The translations under genes were made by a program, and so were the position numbers. DNA of 64,000 nt from Octopus sinensis (Eukaryota), in the NCBI RefSeq assembly GCF_006345805.1, contig NC_042998.1, positions 113,336,001 to 113,400,000 of the forward strand, written 5' to 3'. The stretch's first letter is position 1; every line of letters begins with the position of its first letter. Below are positions 15,188-28,269 of this stretch, one piece after another. A model generated the notes under the pieces. It was not told the DNA's origin. It worked only from the letters and a program-made list of their open reading frames with translations, and did not search any database.

Positions 15188-15423
15188 TTTCTTTACTACC
15201 CACAAGGGGCTAAACACATAGGGGACAAACAAGGACAGACAAACGGATTAAGTCGATTACATCGACCCCAGTGTGTAACTGGTACTTTATTTATCGACCC
15301 CGAAAGGATGAAAGGCAAAGTCGACCTCGGCGGAATTTGAACTCAGAACGTAACGGCAGACAAAATACGGCTACGCATTTCGCCCAGTGTGCTAACGTTT
15401 CTGCCAGCTCGCCGCCTTTTGTT
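15188..15423 (-). mobile_element. Young SINE (family B, Meta-domain-like core) with 9-bp TSD, nested in an older family-A SINE; other copies ~12528-12735, 19045-19260, 41527-41890
   Basis: TCTTATCTA at 15179-15187 and 15424-15432; CpG-intact; core GACTTTGCCTTTCATCCTTTCGGGGTCGATAAA resembles the recalled Meta/Sauria SINE domain. Confidence 0.8.
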
Positions 15424-17470
15424 TCTTATCTACCCAGCCATACCTGCAAACATGGTTTGTTGAAAGTTTGCCATCATTATATAATACCCAGTGCTTGACT
15501 ATTCTAGAAATAGCAGTTAAATTACTCACAAGTCACATCTTGCTATGTATTGCCAATATTGCTAAAAAAAAGTAATACATTCGATAGGATTTTTAGGTGC
15601 CCTATCTTTGGAAAAAGTTGTGATAAATATAACTGGAACACCTTTGATCATAGGTTCAAGAATATATTAACAAAACTTGGTGACTAATTAATTACACTAT
15701 AGTTATGTAACATTAATTTGAAATACAATGGTCAAGAAGTCAGGGTGCTGGACTACAGACCACACTGTTTTAAATTCAGTTACTACTATGTTTGGGTTGT
15801 TACAATTAAAAAAAAAAACTATTTCACTTGTTGCGTCTCAGGTGAGTAGTGGTAGTAGGAGGAAAGACATACAGCTGTAAAAAAATAACAACTCCAGCAA
15901 ACCATTTTGTATATGAAATAAGATTTCTGAGCTAGACACACTCTGATATTTTGAGGGTGGGGTGTGACAGGCAGGGTATCCATCCATAGAAAATCTACCT
16001 TGACAAATTCCATCTGACCTTTGCAATTCTGGAAAAGCGGACATTAAATGGTGACAATGATGGGTTTTTTTTTTTTTTTTTTTTTCTTCAAATTTTACAG
16101 ATATTCTTAAACAATGGAAGTGCCTTAGTTGAAAATCTTGTTTATCTGTGGTCATTCTGGGACACAACTTTGAAGAATATTAGTTAGACAATTCAACCTC
16201 AGTACTTTTTTCAAGCCTGGTGCTTATTCTATTGGTTCTGATGAAGGAACTGCTAAGTTATGCGGGTGTAAACACACCAGCACCTCCTGTCAAGTAGTGG
16301 TAAGACACATGCATGTTAACATCTGTTGTCCATGCTGGCATGGGTTGGATGGTTTGACCAGGGCTGGCAAGCTGGAAGGCTGCACCAGACTCCAGTCTGT
16401 TTTGGCGTGGTTTCTACAGCTGGATGCCCTTCCTAGTGCCAACCACTCCAAGAGTGTAATGGGTGCTTTTAAGTGCCATTTGCATGACACTGGTATCTGT
16501 CATGACTGCAGTTTTACTTGGCTTGACGGGTTTTCTTATGCACGGCATAATAGCAAATAGACTCATTGCCTTCGTGAGGCTCAACACTTGAAGCCCAGCA
16601 TAATGCCAAATGGTTTTTGTTCCTTGCCTCTATGGGGCCCAATGCTTGAAAGGTGCTTTTATGTGCCACTGGCACAGGTGCCATTTGTGCAACACCGGTA
16701 TCTGCCAAAACTATTTTATTTGGCTTGATGGGTCTTCTCAAGCACATCATAATGCCAAAGGTCTTGGTCATTGCCTCTGTGAGACCTAATATTCAATTTA
16801 CCTCCATGAGGCTCAACACTCGAAAGGTGCTTTTTGTATGCCACCTGCATGGGTGCTGGTTACATGACACTAGCATCAACTACAACTGTGATTTCATTTG
16901 GCTAGACTGGTCTTCTCGTGCACAGCATATCACTAAAAGTCTCTGTCATTAGTCTTTGCCTTTCTGAGACCTAAAGTTCGGAGATCATGCTTCACAAAAT
17001 CATCCCATATCTTACTGGGTCTAGCTCTACCAAAGGCTCCCTCAACACTTAGGGATCAGCACTTCTTTACACAGCTGTCCTCATCCATACACATCATATG
17101 ACCATACCAGTGCATTTGTCTCTCTTGCACACTACATCTGATGCCTCTTATGCCTAACTTTACTTTCAAGATGCTTACACTCTGTTGAACATGCACACTG
17201 GCATTGTCCATCCAGCAAAGCATGCTGGCTTCATTTTATATATATATTATAAATTTGATGGGCTTCTTTCAACTTCCATCTACCAAATCCTCTCATAAGG
17301 CTATAGTGGATGACTCTCAGGATTCCATGTAGTGGGACTTAACCTGGAACCATTTGGTTGAGGGGCAAACTTATTACACAGCCATGCATTTTTTATGCTT
17401 GTCTGTTGCTTTCTCTCCTCTTTGTATCTGCTAAATTTGGGTTTTTTTGTATTTTTTTTTCTTCATTCAG

Positions 17471-17619
17471 ACCCATTAATTGTCAGTTTGGTGGAGGATA
17501 TGGTAAAAGTTTTGGCTGAAAATGCCCACTGTACTGCCCCTTTACAGCAGCGTCTCTTACCAACCTTGATAAGTATATTTCAGGCTTCACCTGACAAAGT
17601 TCCTCCTGGTTTACCTGCA
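17471..17619 (+). CDS. IPO9: IPO9 exon (DPLIVSLVEDMVK...PDKVPPGLPA)
   Basis: attcag/gtaagt; phase 1 to 0. Confidence 0.94.
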
Positions 17620-19387
17620 GTAAGTACTCTTACTATTCATAATGGTTCATATATTTTTTTATTATACACACACACACACATTTATATATATATAATATAA
17701 ACCCAGTAATCTTTTTTTATTTGAGTTGTCAATTAAATTTTGCGAAATGGAAGGGCTGTGGAAAGTTCATATGATCTAAGCATTGGGCTGTGTTTTTGGA
17801 TTAATAGATAATTTGCAAATTATGTTCCAGCAGATTCAAATGCAAAATATGCTAGTTTCTGTTGTGAAAGTCACAAGAAACAACTTCTTCCTCTTACAAT
17901 GTTTGTTCGTAGCACTTGACTTATTGGCACATAGCATTCTTAGACATTATGGTTTCAATATGTCTTGTCAGCCAGAAGTACCTGGACCTTTTGAGCCTAA
18001 ACAAGCCACTGGCTTTGTTTATACTTTCAGCTAGCTGTTTGTTAATCAGTGCTTGTATATAAAGTATTAATCAGAAATCGAATTTCAAATTGTCAGTATT
18101 TATACGAAAAGGTAATCTTTATATCCAACTGATATGGTTGTTTTATTAGAATACTGAATGCTGCTGTATTTGCCTTGAGAAGTTCTCATTAATGCATAGT
18201 GCCTGAAAGCCAGCAATGAGATTTGGTTGGTATGTGGTGACAGGGTCACCTGTCACTGAAGATATGCAGTATGTTGAAATCAAGTGATCTGGCATCCATA
18301 GCAGTATTTTGTGTTCCAATGAAACATCCATATTAAGTTAGATAGAAGAATTTCAGACTGTTAATTAGCTAAATAATTTTTTGTCTAAAGTATTTGATTA
18401 TTTGATACTGCTACTACAAACAGTGTAATTATTTATTAAGATACCAGGAAATATTTATGAAAATGAACATTTTTATGACTAAAGCCTTTCTTTCCACACT
18501 ACATTTGAACTTAAGGCTGGTTCTCAAACTGAAAAATACCAAGCTGTTTCCACATAGTTATAGCAAAAAATTTCCCCAATTTATTTTTAAAGAGAATTTA
18601 GTTTGCATTCATTCTTTCTTTGCCATGGTGTTGGACAACATATGAAAGTTCAAAAACATCTTAATTTTATTAGGCATGGCAATTTGTTTGCCCTCATTTC
18701 AATTCTTAGCTTATCCCCTACTCCAGGGTGGGGAGTTGGCTGAGGATTACCCCATGGCATTAACAGCTTAGATTTGTACTAATTGTATGGAATTGGATTT
18801 AAAAATAGATTGTAGTCTTATAACTTGCTTATTACTGCACTTTTTTTTTTTTTTCTATTTGAAGGTTGCACAAATAAGCTAAATTAAATGTACATGATAC
18901 AAATGATAAAACTAAATAAGCGATAATGTTCTGCTGAAAGTTTAGGTAAAGAAATAAACACCTGTCAAAAAAGGTTGACATGTTATTAAATATCCAGATT
19001 GTTATCTGTACCTGTCCAGTTTGTCTCAAGGTTGTATGTCAGAAGGCAGTGGGCTGGCAGAAACGTTAGCTGCCAGGGCGAAATGCTTAGCGGTATTTCG
19101 CCTGACTTTACATTCTGAGTTCAAATTCCACCAAGGTCGACTTTGCCTTTCATCCTTTCAGGGTCGATAAATTAAGTACCAGTTGTGTACTGGGGGTTGA
19201 TCTAATTGACTGGCTCCCTCCCCTAAAATTTCAGGCCTTGTGCCTAGTGTAGAAAAGAATGTTGTATGACAGAAAACATTAATACAACTCAGTATTACTT
19301 ATGAGATGATCAATGTTTTTTTAGCCAGGTTTTCCACCTCTTGTTTTCCTGTTTTATGGTGGCATATCTTAATTATGTTTTCTCCAG

Positions 19388-19516
19388 GCAGCATTAGATG
19401 TCCTGCAAATGGTAGTACGAGGAAGTAAGGCACCGTTGAGTGATGCTCTAGTCCAAGATTGTTTCCCAGCTTCGGTACAATGTATTTTACAAACGGAGGA
19501 TAATTCCACTATGCAG
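19388..19516 (+). CDS. IPO9: IPO9 exon (AALDVLQMVVRGSKAPLSD...TEDNSTMQ)
   Basis: ctccag/gtaagg; absent from the ORF track, translated by hand; phase 0 to 0. Confidence 0.93.
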
Positions 19517-20174
19517 GTAAGGAAATAATAGTTCCATATTATTCACATTTTTTAATTATTAATCTTGATATGATCGCCATCATTTTTATGCCCATCATTT
19601 TTATCCTAATGTCTAAATTTCCTTATGAGGTAATGTAGTTTAGTCTTTTAGAAAGTTGCCCTATTAGATGGAACACAAGATGGTGATATATTGAAAAAAA
19701 TCTCTTGTATTACAATAGTCTCTGCTCTTCTGAATGAGGTAGCTACATACTTTTTGTGTCCACTCAGCACATTAGTTTCTTCTCTCCTCACTTCTCTGAT
19801 TAAATACTCCACTCAATCCTTCTTGTCTTGAACTGGAATTCTTTCTTAGTTCACGTTTAGTTTTGAACAGAATATGAAGCGTATCAATTTGACCAGTGTG
19901 AGAGGACATGCAGAAGTCGAAGGAACTGATGAGATTATGATTGATTTTCATTTTTTAGCTTGTACAAACCAACATTGGCCACAAAAAATAACCAGGAACG
20001 ATTAGATAGATGAATATTAAAAAACATTTGAAAAGATCCTGCTGAAACAAATACTGTTCAATATTATTATGGAGAATTGGGTATCACTGCTACGGTGCCA
20101 GGAGTTTAAATGTTTGTGTGACAAATAACAGATATATCAAATAATTAAAAGTACATAAGGTGATGAGATGAGTT

Positions 20175-20682
20175 GTGGCACGTAACCTGTCAGTGGCACG
20201 TAAAAAGCACATCCGACTCGTAGCCGAACCAGTGCCGCCTTTTTGGCTTCCATAAAATGCAAAACCACTCCGACCAGTGGCCGATGCATCCGCGCCTGGC
20301 ACTCCTGCAGTGGCACGAAAAAGCAACCCACTAAACTCACGGAGGGTTGGCGTTAGGAAGGGATCAGCTGTAAACTTTGCCAGATAAGACCGGAGCCGGT
20401 GCAAGCCTTCTGTCTTCCCAGATCCCGGTCGAACCGTCCAAACCCTCTAGCCATGGAGAACGGACGATTTAAAAGATAGCGTTCTTTTAGAACAACGATT
20501 CATGGCTTGAAGACACCAAAACAGAAAATGTCTACGATGAGTCAACGATTTAAAAAAAAATTTACCATAATTTTTTCCCATTTTTAATGCATTTTTTTTG
20601 CTATTTTTTGGCTATAACTCTCTAAAAATGCTTATATAGTTATTTCCCTTTACAAACGAGAACGCCGGCGCGACTGCTAGTA
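20175..20682 (+). mobile_element. Composite insertion: RTE 3'-end-type repeat + Helitron-like 3' terminus, between 37/38-bp direct repeats
   Basis: Direct repeats at 20138-20174 and 20683-20720; ends CGCCGGCG palindrome..CTAGT. Confidence 0.7.
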
Positions 20683-20980
20683 CAAATAATGAAAAGTACA
20701 TTAAGGTGATGAGATGAGTTTTGAGATGTAAAGCTTATCTGACTGATGCTAGTGGGAATTCCAGATTTATGCTAGTGGGGAATTCCAGATTTTATATCAA
20801 GTAAAATATGTAGTCTTTTCAAAGTTTTGAATATTTATGAATATTCGTAAATATTTACTGCTTTATGAAGTAACGATGACTCTCAAGTACTAGTACTTTG
20901 ATTATTTTTGTAGCTTTTCTTGAAACAAGACAGTTGTCAGTCAAAAGTTTTACCTCAGAGATAATTCATTTTATTTGCAG

Positions 20981-21053
20981 AGTGGTGGAGAGTGTCTCCG
21001 AGCATTTGCATCTGTTGGACTGGATCAACTCATGGTTTGGCAGGATGATCATG
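20981..21053 (+). CDS. IPO9: IPO9 exon (SGGECLRAFASVGLDQLMVWQDDH)
   Basis: ttgcag/gtaaga; GGECLRA motif; phase 0 to 1. Confidence 0.94.
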
Positions 21054-22076
21054 GTAAGATATCATTTCCTTCATCTCCATTGTCTGATCTCTATTGTCTT
21101 CATCTTCTGTCAGCTACAACTTGCACTTGTGTTGAGCAAGGTGACATACCACATATACCATGCCATTACCAATGACCTAAGTTATCAGCAATCACTGTAA
21201 TGTCTATTCCTCAATTGACCATAGTGGAAGTGGGGGGGGGGTGGTGTTTTGGAAGTGTCCTAGGTTCAATCCTCCATGGGTCCCTATCTTGTAACTTGGT
21301 TGACAGGCCAACATACCATCTGTAGACTATGCCATTAAAATTTAGCTGAAATAATACTAATCTAACACAGTAGATATCTTCTTTTGTGCAGCATTAAAGG
21401 TAAATGCTGTTACCTTTTTGTCATTAAAGTATAAACTAAACAGTTTTCTCTCATCTTTTATTTCTTGTTAATCTTGTGTTGACATGTGCTTTTATTATAA
21501 CTACTTTGCTAGCCTACACTAGATGTATTTTTATTACATTTTTTTCTTCCTAAAATGCCACATGTTAATTTTTTACCATTCTCTTGTTTCAATTATGTAA
21601 ATGATTTTATATGATTGTAGAGATTGTTTTTAAATCTACCTATTTATTAAAAGTAGTTTCTTTTGATATTAGCCATTCTAAGCACTCTGAAATGTGTAGT
21701 GGACCCACAGCAATTAATTTTTTTTGTTCTTTTGTTTTCAGTTGGTACTAATTATGTCTCATTTACATGAAAGTGTTTGCTGTTCATTTATAGTCTCTTA
21801 GATATAAAATTTGTATTCAATAAAATATTAATGAAGTGCAATAACAGAAATAGAAAGGTCAGACAAAATGCTTTGTGGTATTTAGTTATATTTCTTTGTT
21901 CTAAATTCAAAACTCACCAGGATCAGCATTGATTGTCATCCTTCCAAAGTCAAAAGAATTAAGTACTAGGAGTTGATTAATCAACTGTACCTGCCCTCAA
22001 ATTGTGCAACTTGCTGCATTGTTATAAAACTTAATGTAGTATTAGTAGAACATAACACCAAATGCTATGTAGTATT

Positions 22077-22285
22077 TATGAGGTGGGGTGCTGAATAGTT
22101 CCTGGCTTTAAGAGCATCATGAAAGGCCTGGTTGGAGGCCCAACCTTCCGAGCTTTTAGAGGGCTTAGAAAAACTGAAGGACTGCTACAATAAGTGTGTG
22201 AATCTGAGAGTAGAATGTGTTGAATAGAATCATAATTAACTGATCCTCATGTATTTTCTTTTCCAAGCCAGAGAAACCTTTAAAT
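22077..22285 (+). mobile_element. Mariner-derived MITE/deletion derivative
   Basis: Degenerate TIRs (GCTGAATAGTTCCTGGCTT / AAGCCAGAGAAAC) and residual mariner-like C-terminus GLEKLKDCYNKCVNLRVECVE*. Confidence 0.65.
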
Positions 22286-22680
22286 TGCAAGGACTTTGCC
22301 TTTCATCGTCAATAATTACCAGTCATGTACTGAGATTGGTTTGACTATAAAAGGGTAAAGGTAGTATATAGCAGTCCAGTGCTAAGTTTATCTTGTTATG
22401 CCTGAACATTTTGGGTCCTATTACTGAATTGTTAATGCTGCTCAATCTGAGTGGACTGAAGCAACATGTGTAAAGTGCCTCACTCAAGGACATAATGTGC
22501 CTCTTAGATTGGGAATGGAATCCATGACTTCACAAGTGAAAGCCTGGTTGCTTGATCCCTAGGATACATGCTTTGATTTGATTGTACCTGGCCCTAAAAT
22601 TTGTGGTCTTGTGTCTATGTTAGAAATTGTTTTTATATGCTTATATATATAATTTTTTTTTGTTTTCCCTCCTAATTTAG

Positions 22681-22883
22681 GTAAAAATGGTTTGTTCTAC
22701 ATCATCCAGGTGATAGCCAAATTACTTGACCCAAAGACTCCTGAGTTTACTGCAACATTTGTTGGCAAACTAGTCTCAGTGATTATCAGTAAAGTTGGTA
22801 GTCAGCTTGGAGAAGATCTCGACTTGATGCTTAGGTCTGTCTTGGGCAAAATGCAACGTTCAGAAACTTTATCTGTCATACAG
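22681..22883 (+). CDS. IPO9: IPO9 exon ([29 protein letters not shown]...ETLSVIQ)
   Basis: atttag/gtagat; phase 1 to 0. Confidence 0.95.
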
Positions 22884-23125
22884 GTAGATAATTTAAGGCC
22901 AGATTTATATTTGTATTTATTCAATTTTTTGCCACACCCCTATTTTTAATGAGAAGGTACTGTTGTTTGCAGCAACTCTTTTCTTGCCATGGTATTGGAC
23001 AAGTTTTTAACAGTTCAAAAACATCTTAATTTTATTAAACATGGCAATTTGTCAGCCCCCATTTCAATTCTCAGTCTATTCCCCACCCCAACTTGCAGTT
23101 TTCAATCTTTCAATAAAATCTTTAA

Positions 23126-23327
23126 CCCTTACTCTCTTAAATGCAATGCATATTTGTTCACATTGCTTTGAATTCATCATGCATTGTCTCCTAGCTTTGA
23201 GATTTTGATGGTGTAATTATTTTTAGGAGGCATGACAGGGTAAGTGTGAGAGGCTGGATCTACTCTGTCTAAATGTAAAACAGGTAGAATGTTTGAGCTG
23301 GATAGGGTTGGTTTAAATGCTAAAGGG
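23126..23327. mobile_element. Decayed TTAA-type (piggyBac-like) MITE; related copy ~29878-30077
   Basis: TTAA|CCCTTA ... TAAAGGG|TAAA termini; internal similarity between the two copies. Confidence 0.55.
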
Positions 23328-25501
23328 TAAAAAATATACCTCTAAAAGTGTGATGTACATCAGCGACAAAATATTACATCAATACTTCAGATAATAATCC
23401 TCATTTAATGTCCTTTTTGCATGTTGGCATTGGTTGACATAATTCTCTGGCTTACCAGCTCCAGTCAAACCATTCCAAGCACTATCTGCTTTGGCATGGT
23501 TTCTATGGCTTGATGCCCTTCCTAATGCCAACCACTTTATAGTACATAATGTACTGGATGCTTTTTACATAGCACTGGTATGGTCACCAAGTAACTTGCA
23601 AAGGCAATTTAGCCACTTAAACTATATAAAGGGACAGAAACACAAGTGTCTTGCTGCAGAGGAGATAAATGAATACCCAAGTTGGAGAGAGAGAGATATA
23701 TAGTGGCAGCAAGCCAGAACACACTTTCAAGGTACAGGTAGATGAATGTAAGTGGTAGTGAAGATTGGAGAGTGAGTGAGCAAGGAGTTCATGAAAGTGC
23801 AAAGTTGGGAGAGGGAGGAGAAGGAATACAGTAAGGGGTATATTGGGGATCAGAAGAGAGCTAGAGAGATGACAAAGCAGCATTGGGCTGCTAGAGCAGT
23901 CAAGAGATGAGCAGCATGGTGTATGAAAAGATGTTTGGTTCATTGGGGTGCATGAATTAAACATGTGGGTGAAATACATAGTGCTTCCAGAACTTAGTTT
24001 TGCTGAGGTGGGTAGTTCTTGCCAAGAACCTTGTATTGCCAAGCATCTTGGTCCTTGTCATCTCTTCTATGTGACTCACCATCTTGAAATCAGCCCTCAC
24101 CACTTCATCCCATGTCTTCCAGGGTCTCTCTCTCCCACAGGTTTCATCCACTATAAGTGATTGGCTATTTTTGATACAACTGTTTTCAATCTCAGCAAAA
24201 GAACTGTCAGATTAATTGCATAATATGTGTACGGTTAACATGCCAAAATAGATAAGTGATAATCTGTGTAGACTTGTGACATCAAAATAATGTTCTTTTA
24301 GGTTGATGATCTCTGGTAAAATGTACTGAACATGGCCATGTCTGGGCATAGTGTTTAAAAGTTTGTTCATGATAATGTGGTTCCTGGAGCAATCCCACAA
24401 TGTGTCACCTTGGAGATGTCTTCTATCATAGCCTTTGTTTGACCTAAGCTTAGTGAGTGGAATTTGTTTTGAAAGAAATTGTGCAGAAACGTGTCAGGCT
24501 CTACCTATTCTTGTGTAGTAGACTTAATCCAATTTGTTCAATGACAACATAAACACCATGAACTGGCTCTTGTGTGTCTGTTTACCAGAGTCCATTTTGG
24601 ATGGTACGTATAACTCCAGTTTAAGAATAACAGGATATATCTAAATGTACTGCTTCCTATTACAGCAATTTGTGTTGTGATTTCTCTTACAGTTTTGGAG
24701 GTGTTACAAAAATCATGATTTTTTTTTAACCCTTATCAACTATGTCCTATCCTTTAGTTCATTATATTACACAAGTTTGAAAAGATATTCTTTTACTTGT
24801 TTCAGTCATTTGACTGCAGGTATGTTGGAGCACTGTCTTGAGGGATTTTAGTCAAATTGGCCCCAGGACTTTTTTTAAGCCTAGTACTTATTCTATCAAT
24901 CTCTTTTACTGAACTGTTAAGTTACGGGGACTAAACACACCAACACTGGCTGTCAAGCAGTGATGGCAGGACAGATACACACATAAATATATACGTATAT
25001 ATACAATGGGCTCCTTTCAGGTTTCTGTCTACTAAATCACTCACAAGACTGGGCAGCCGAGGCTATAGTAGAAGACACCTGCCCAAGGTGTCCCATAGTG
25101 GAACTGAACTCAGAACCATGTGGTTGGAAAGCAAGTTTCTTACCACACAGCCATGTCTACATCTATGGAGACTAAAAAAAAATTTTTTTTTGAAGTCTAA
25201 AGACTTTGATGAAATGTTTAGGTGAATATGTTTAGGTGATAAACCATGGACATAAGTACTACAAACATATTACTATAAGCAAAAACTCAATATTTCTTGA
25301 AGAAAAGTGTTGTGCTATTTTTATTAAATTTTTGGATAGCTATGTAAAAGAAAGGAATGGGAATTGGGGATTATTTGCTAAAATAGATCACTATAAAAGA
25401 TTTGAAACTAATGATCTATATTCATCTATTTGATTATCTCTAGCTACCAGACTTAACTATTTAATTGATATTGTCTATTATCATACTGTTTCTTAATTCA
25501 G

Positions 25502-25668
25502 AGTTTGGTGATGATTTTTGCACATCTCACTCACACACAAATGGAAGCCTTATTGGCATTTCTTTCCAATGTACCTGGACCAACAGGCAAACCAGCATTA
25601 CATTTTGTTCTTACTGAATGGTGTTCACGCCAGCATCTCTTCTATGGTGCCTATGAAAATAAAGTCAG
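25502..25668 (+). CDS. IPO9: IPO9 exon (SLVMIFAHL...[31 protein letters not shown])
   Basis: attcag/gtgagt; phase 0 to 2. Confidence 0.95.
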
Positions 25669-26113
25669 GTGAGTTCTTTAAGTTGTCTATCCCCAGGTTG
25701 GTTATGAACCAAGAAACCTATATTCAGACTTCTTTTGTTCAGGCATATGTATTGAGTGCTGTATTATCCAATGTAGCCTATTTTAGACCTGATTTGAAGA
25801 ATTGGCAATTTTCAGTCCGTTCAGCCACTCCAGTAGTTTTTCTTGTTTGTTCAATTTCACAGTTGCTTTTGCTCAGAAAGCAGTTTGTAAAACTAAAACT
25901 TAGGCAGTTTGTATAACTAAAAATAATCTTCTGTAATGTAAACTAAGCCACTCAATTGGGAATAGTTTTCATACATTTGTGTTATGCTGTCCATCTTCCA
26001 GCACTACCAATTTTTAACATTTGTTTCATTATGCTAGTATGTGTCACCAACTAAGGCAACATTGTGAGATGCAACATTTTCAAATCAGTCTTCACCACTT
26101 CTCCAGTCTTTAA

Positions 26114-26309
26114 CCCTTTTGTTACCAACCCGGCTGAAACTGGCTCTGGCTCTGTGTATAAATGTCTTGTTTTCATAAGTTATGAATTAAAATCTTCCAC
26201 CAAACCTTAGTCTCAATTTATGTTCCTGGCACTAGCTGGTTATTTTATTATATTTTAAGTAATTGAAAGAAACATAGAGCATCTCAAGATAAATACAGTA
26301 ACGAAAGGG
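26114..26309. mobile_element. piggyBac-like MITE, 196 bp, TTAA TSD; related decayed copy ~52465-52646
   Basis: TTAA at 26110-26113 and 26310-26313; 12-bp TIR CCCTTTTGTTAC / GTAACGAAAGGG with 1 mismatch. Confidence 0.8.
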
Positions 26310-26504
26310 TTAATCTAACCGTAGTGCATCAGCTGGATAAATATGTGTCATGCAAGTCAAGACTAGTCTAAGCTTTATTATCATGTATAGTGTGTGTGTG
26401 TGTGTGTGTGTGTGTATTCATTTATTTGAAACTGAAACTCAATTCCATTAATGCTACATGTACTTTTTATACATACATATTAATATTGATTCTTTGTTTT
26501 GCAG

Positions 26505-26635
26505 TATTATTGCTCTCACCAAACTTCTACAGTATGCTGTTAATACCAATGATACACGTTTTAATGAAATTGAAGTTACTGGAGATGAGATTATTGATGA
26601 CAGTGGTATTAGAACACGATCCCAAAGAAATAAAA
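26505..26635 (+). CDS. IPO9: IPO9 exon (IIALTKLLQY...GIRTRSQRNK), followed by a probable GC donor
   Basis: ttgcag acceptor. Only the A|GCAAGT donor gives the phase-1 end that the next exon needs. Confidence 0.88.
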
Positions 26636-28144
26636 GCAAGTGGATTTTTTGCATATAATGGTTTTTATTTTAGTGTAATGTTTAATAATTTTCATTTTCT
26701 TTAATCCTCATTTGAATTTTGATTACCTTTTTAGTTTTTATTATTAAATGTAAGTAACTTTATGATAAAGCAGTTGACTTTGTAATTGAGTAGCTTCTGG
26801 TTCAATTCCTCAGTGTAATTCCTTGGGTTGTAAGTTTTATGTTACTTAGTTCAGCACAACTACCTGCTGTATAGATTCCTTTTTAACAAAACCTGTTACT
26901 CGGAGTTTCACGTTCCCGTTCCTTTTTATGAAGTTCAGTCTGTTGGAAGCATTCAACTTAGGTTTTTGTCTTGAAGTTAACTTCCTCCCACCCATCCCAT
27001 ACAGCCTCAAAAAATGGTTGTTGGACTTGAAATTTGCTCCTGGTTGAGCCATAAAAAATTTAAATACACAGATTCAGGTTGATTTGTGGTGAAAGTCATT
27101 TACATACATGTTTCTCTAATACCTTGTGATATTTAAATTCATTAGAGTTCATTTTATAAAGGGATGAAAATCAGATGAACTTATTCTGATAATCATTTTA
27201 TTGGTCTATACTAATTGCATGGCTGAGTAATGTAGTTGATATAATGGACTAAAACATTGAAGGCTGTGCTCCAGCATATCCCCAATCCAGTAACTGAAAA
27301 CAATGAATGATTAAAAGGATATTGAATGTAAGACTGTAGTCATTAGGTTTCTTGGTAAAGTCTGATAGGTTTGGTGACTCAAGCCTTATCATTTCCACCT
27401 TATTCTAGTTGAAGCAAATGTGCTTCCAAAGATACCAGAGATGTTTGGTAGGTTAAATACACAGATTTGGTTGTGTGTTTAAGAAGCATTTTTTATAGGT
27501 AAGAGTAAGAATATTATTTAATTCATTAGAAAGAAAAATTAAAAAGATCTAGACCTTAGTACAAAATGCAGATTCTAGCACAGAAAAAGTGGTCCAACCA
27601 TTTGTAAATATTAACAAAAGGCAAGCTAGATTATTTGGAGGTATGTTCACAATTGAAGAGAATATTAAAAACGTTATAATTAAAGTGATTGATTGTAGTA
27701 ATCTAGACATAATATAAATACAAGCAGATTAATTGAAATGATTCGAATTAACGATAGATCAGAATGCCTTAGAAAGTTAATTCCAAGTCATTTTACAGAT
27801 CTGTTTAATCCTTACCAACATGAATGAACAAAAACAATAACTATATTTAAATAGGAAATTAAAGCCCAGAGTCTGAGGGAACTAGTGATAAATTGCAAAT
27901 TAGAATGAATTTATGTCTCATAGAGATGAGAATAGGGATGTTTTGCAAACCGCATTTAAAGCTAGTCATTAAAGAGTAGTTTTCCTTTTTATAGGAATGT
28001 TTAATGTGTATATTGTCTTAAAATAGTTTAGTTTTTGTAATATTTTAGTATTTTTTTATTTTCATGTAATATATTGAATTATAATTTTTTCAATATATTC
28101 TGGTCAGATTAATAAATAAAATATCTTGGCTTTGTTATTCTTAG

Positions 28145-28269
28145 CTCCAACTCAGTGGACACGGGTACCAGTTTTAGTTAAAATTTACAAACTGATTGTG
28201 AATGAACTTTCTAATCAAATGGAAACTAACATGGCAACCAATATTCCCGATGAAGATGAATTAATCGAT
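28145..28269 (+). CDS. IPO9: IPO9 exon (PTQWTRVPVLVKIYKLIVNELSNQME...DEDELID)
   Basis: tcttag/gtaagt; phase 1 to 0. Confidence 0.93.
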
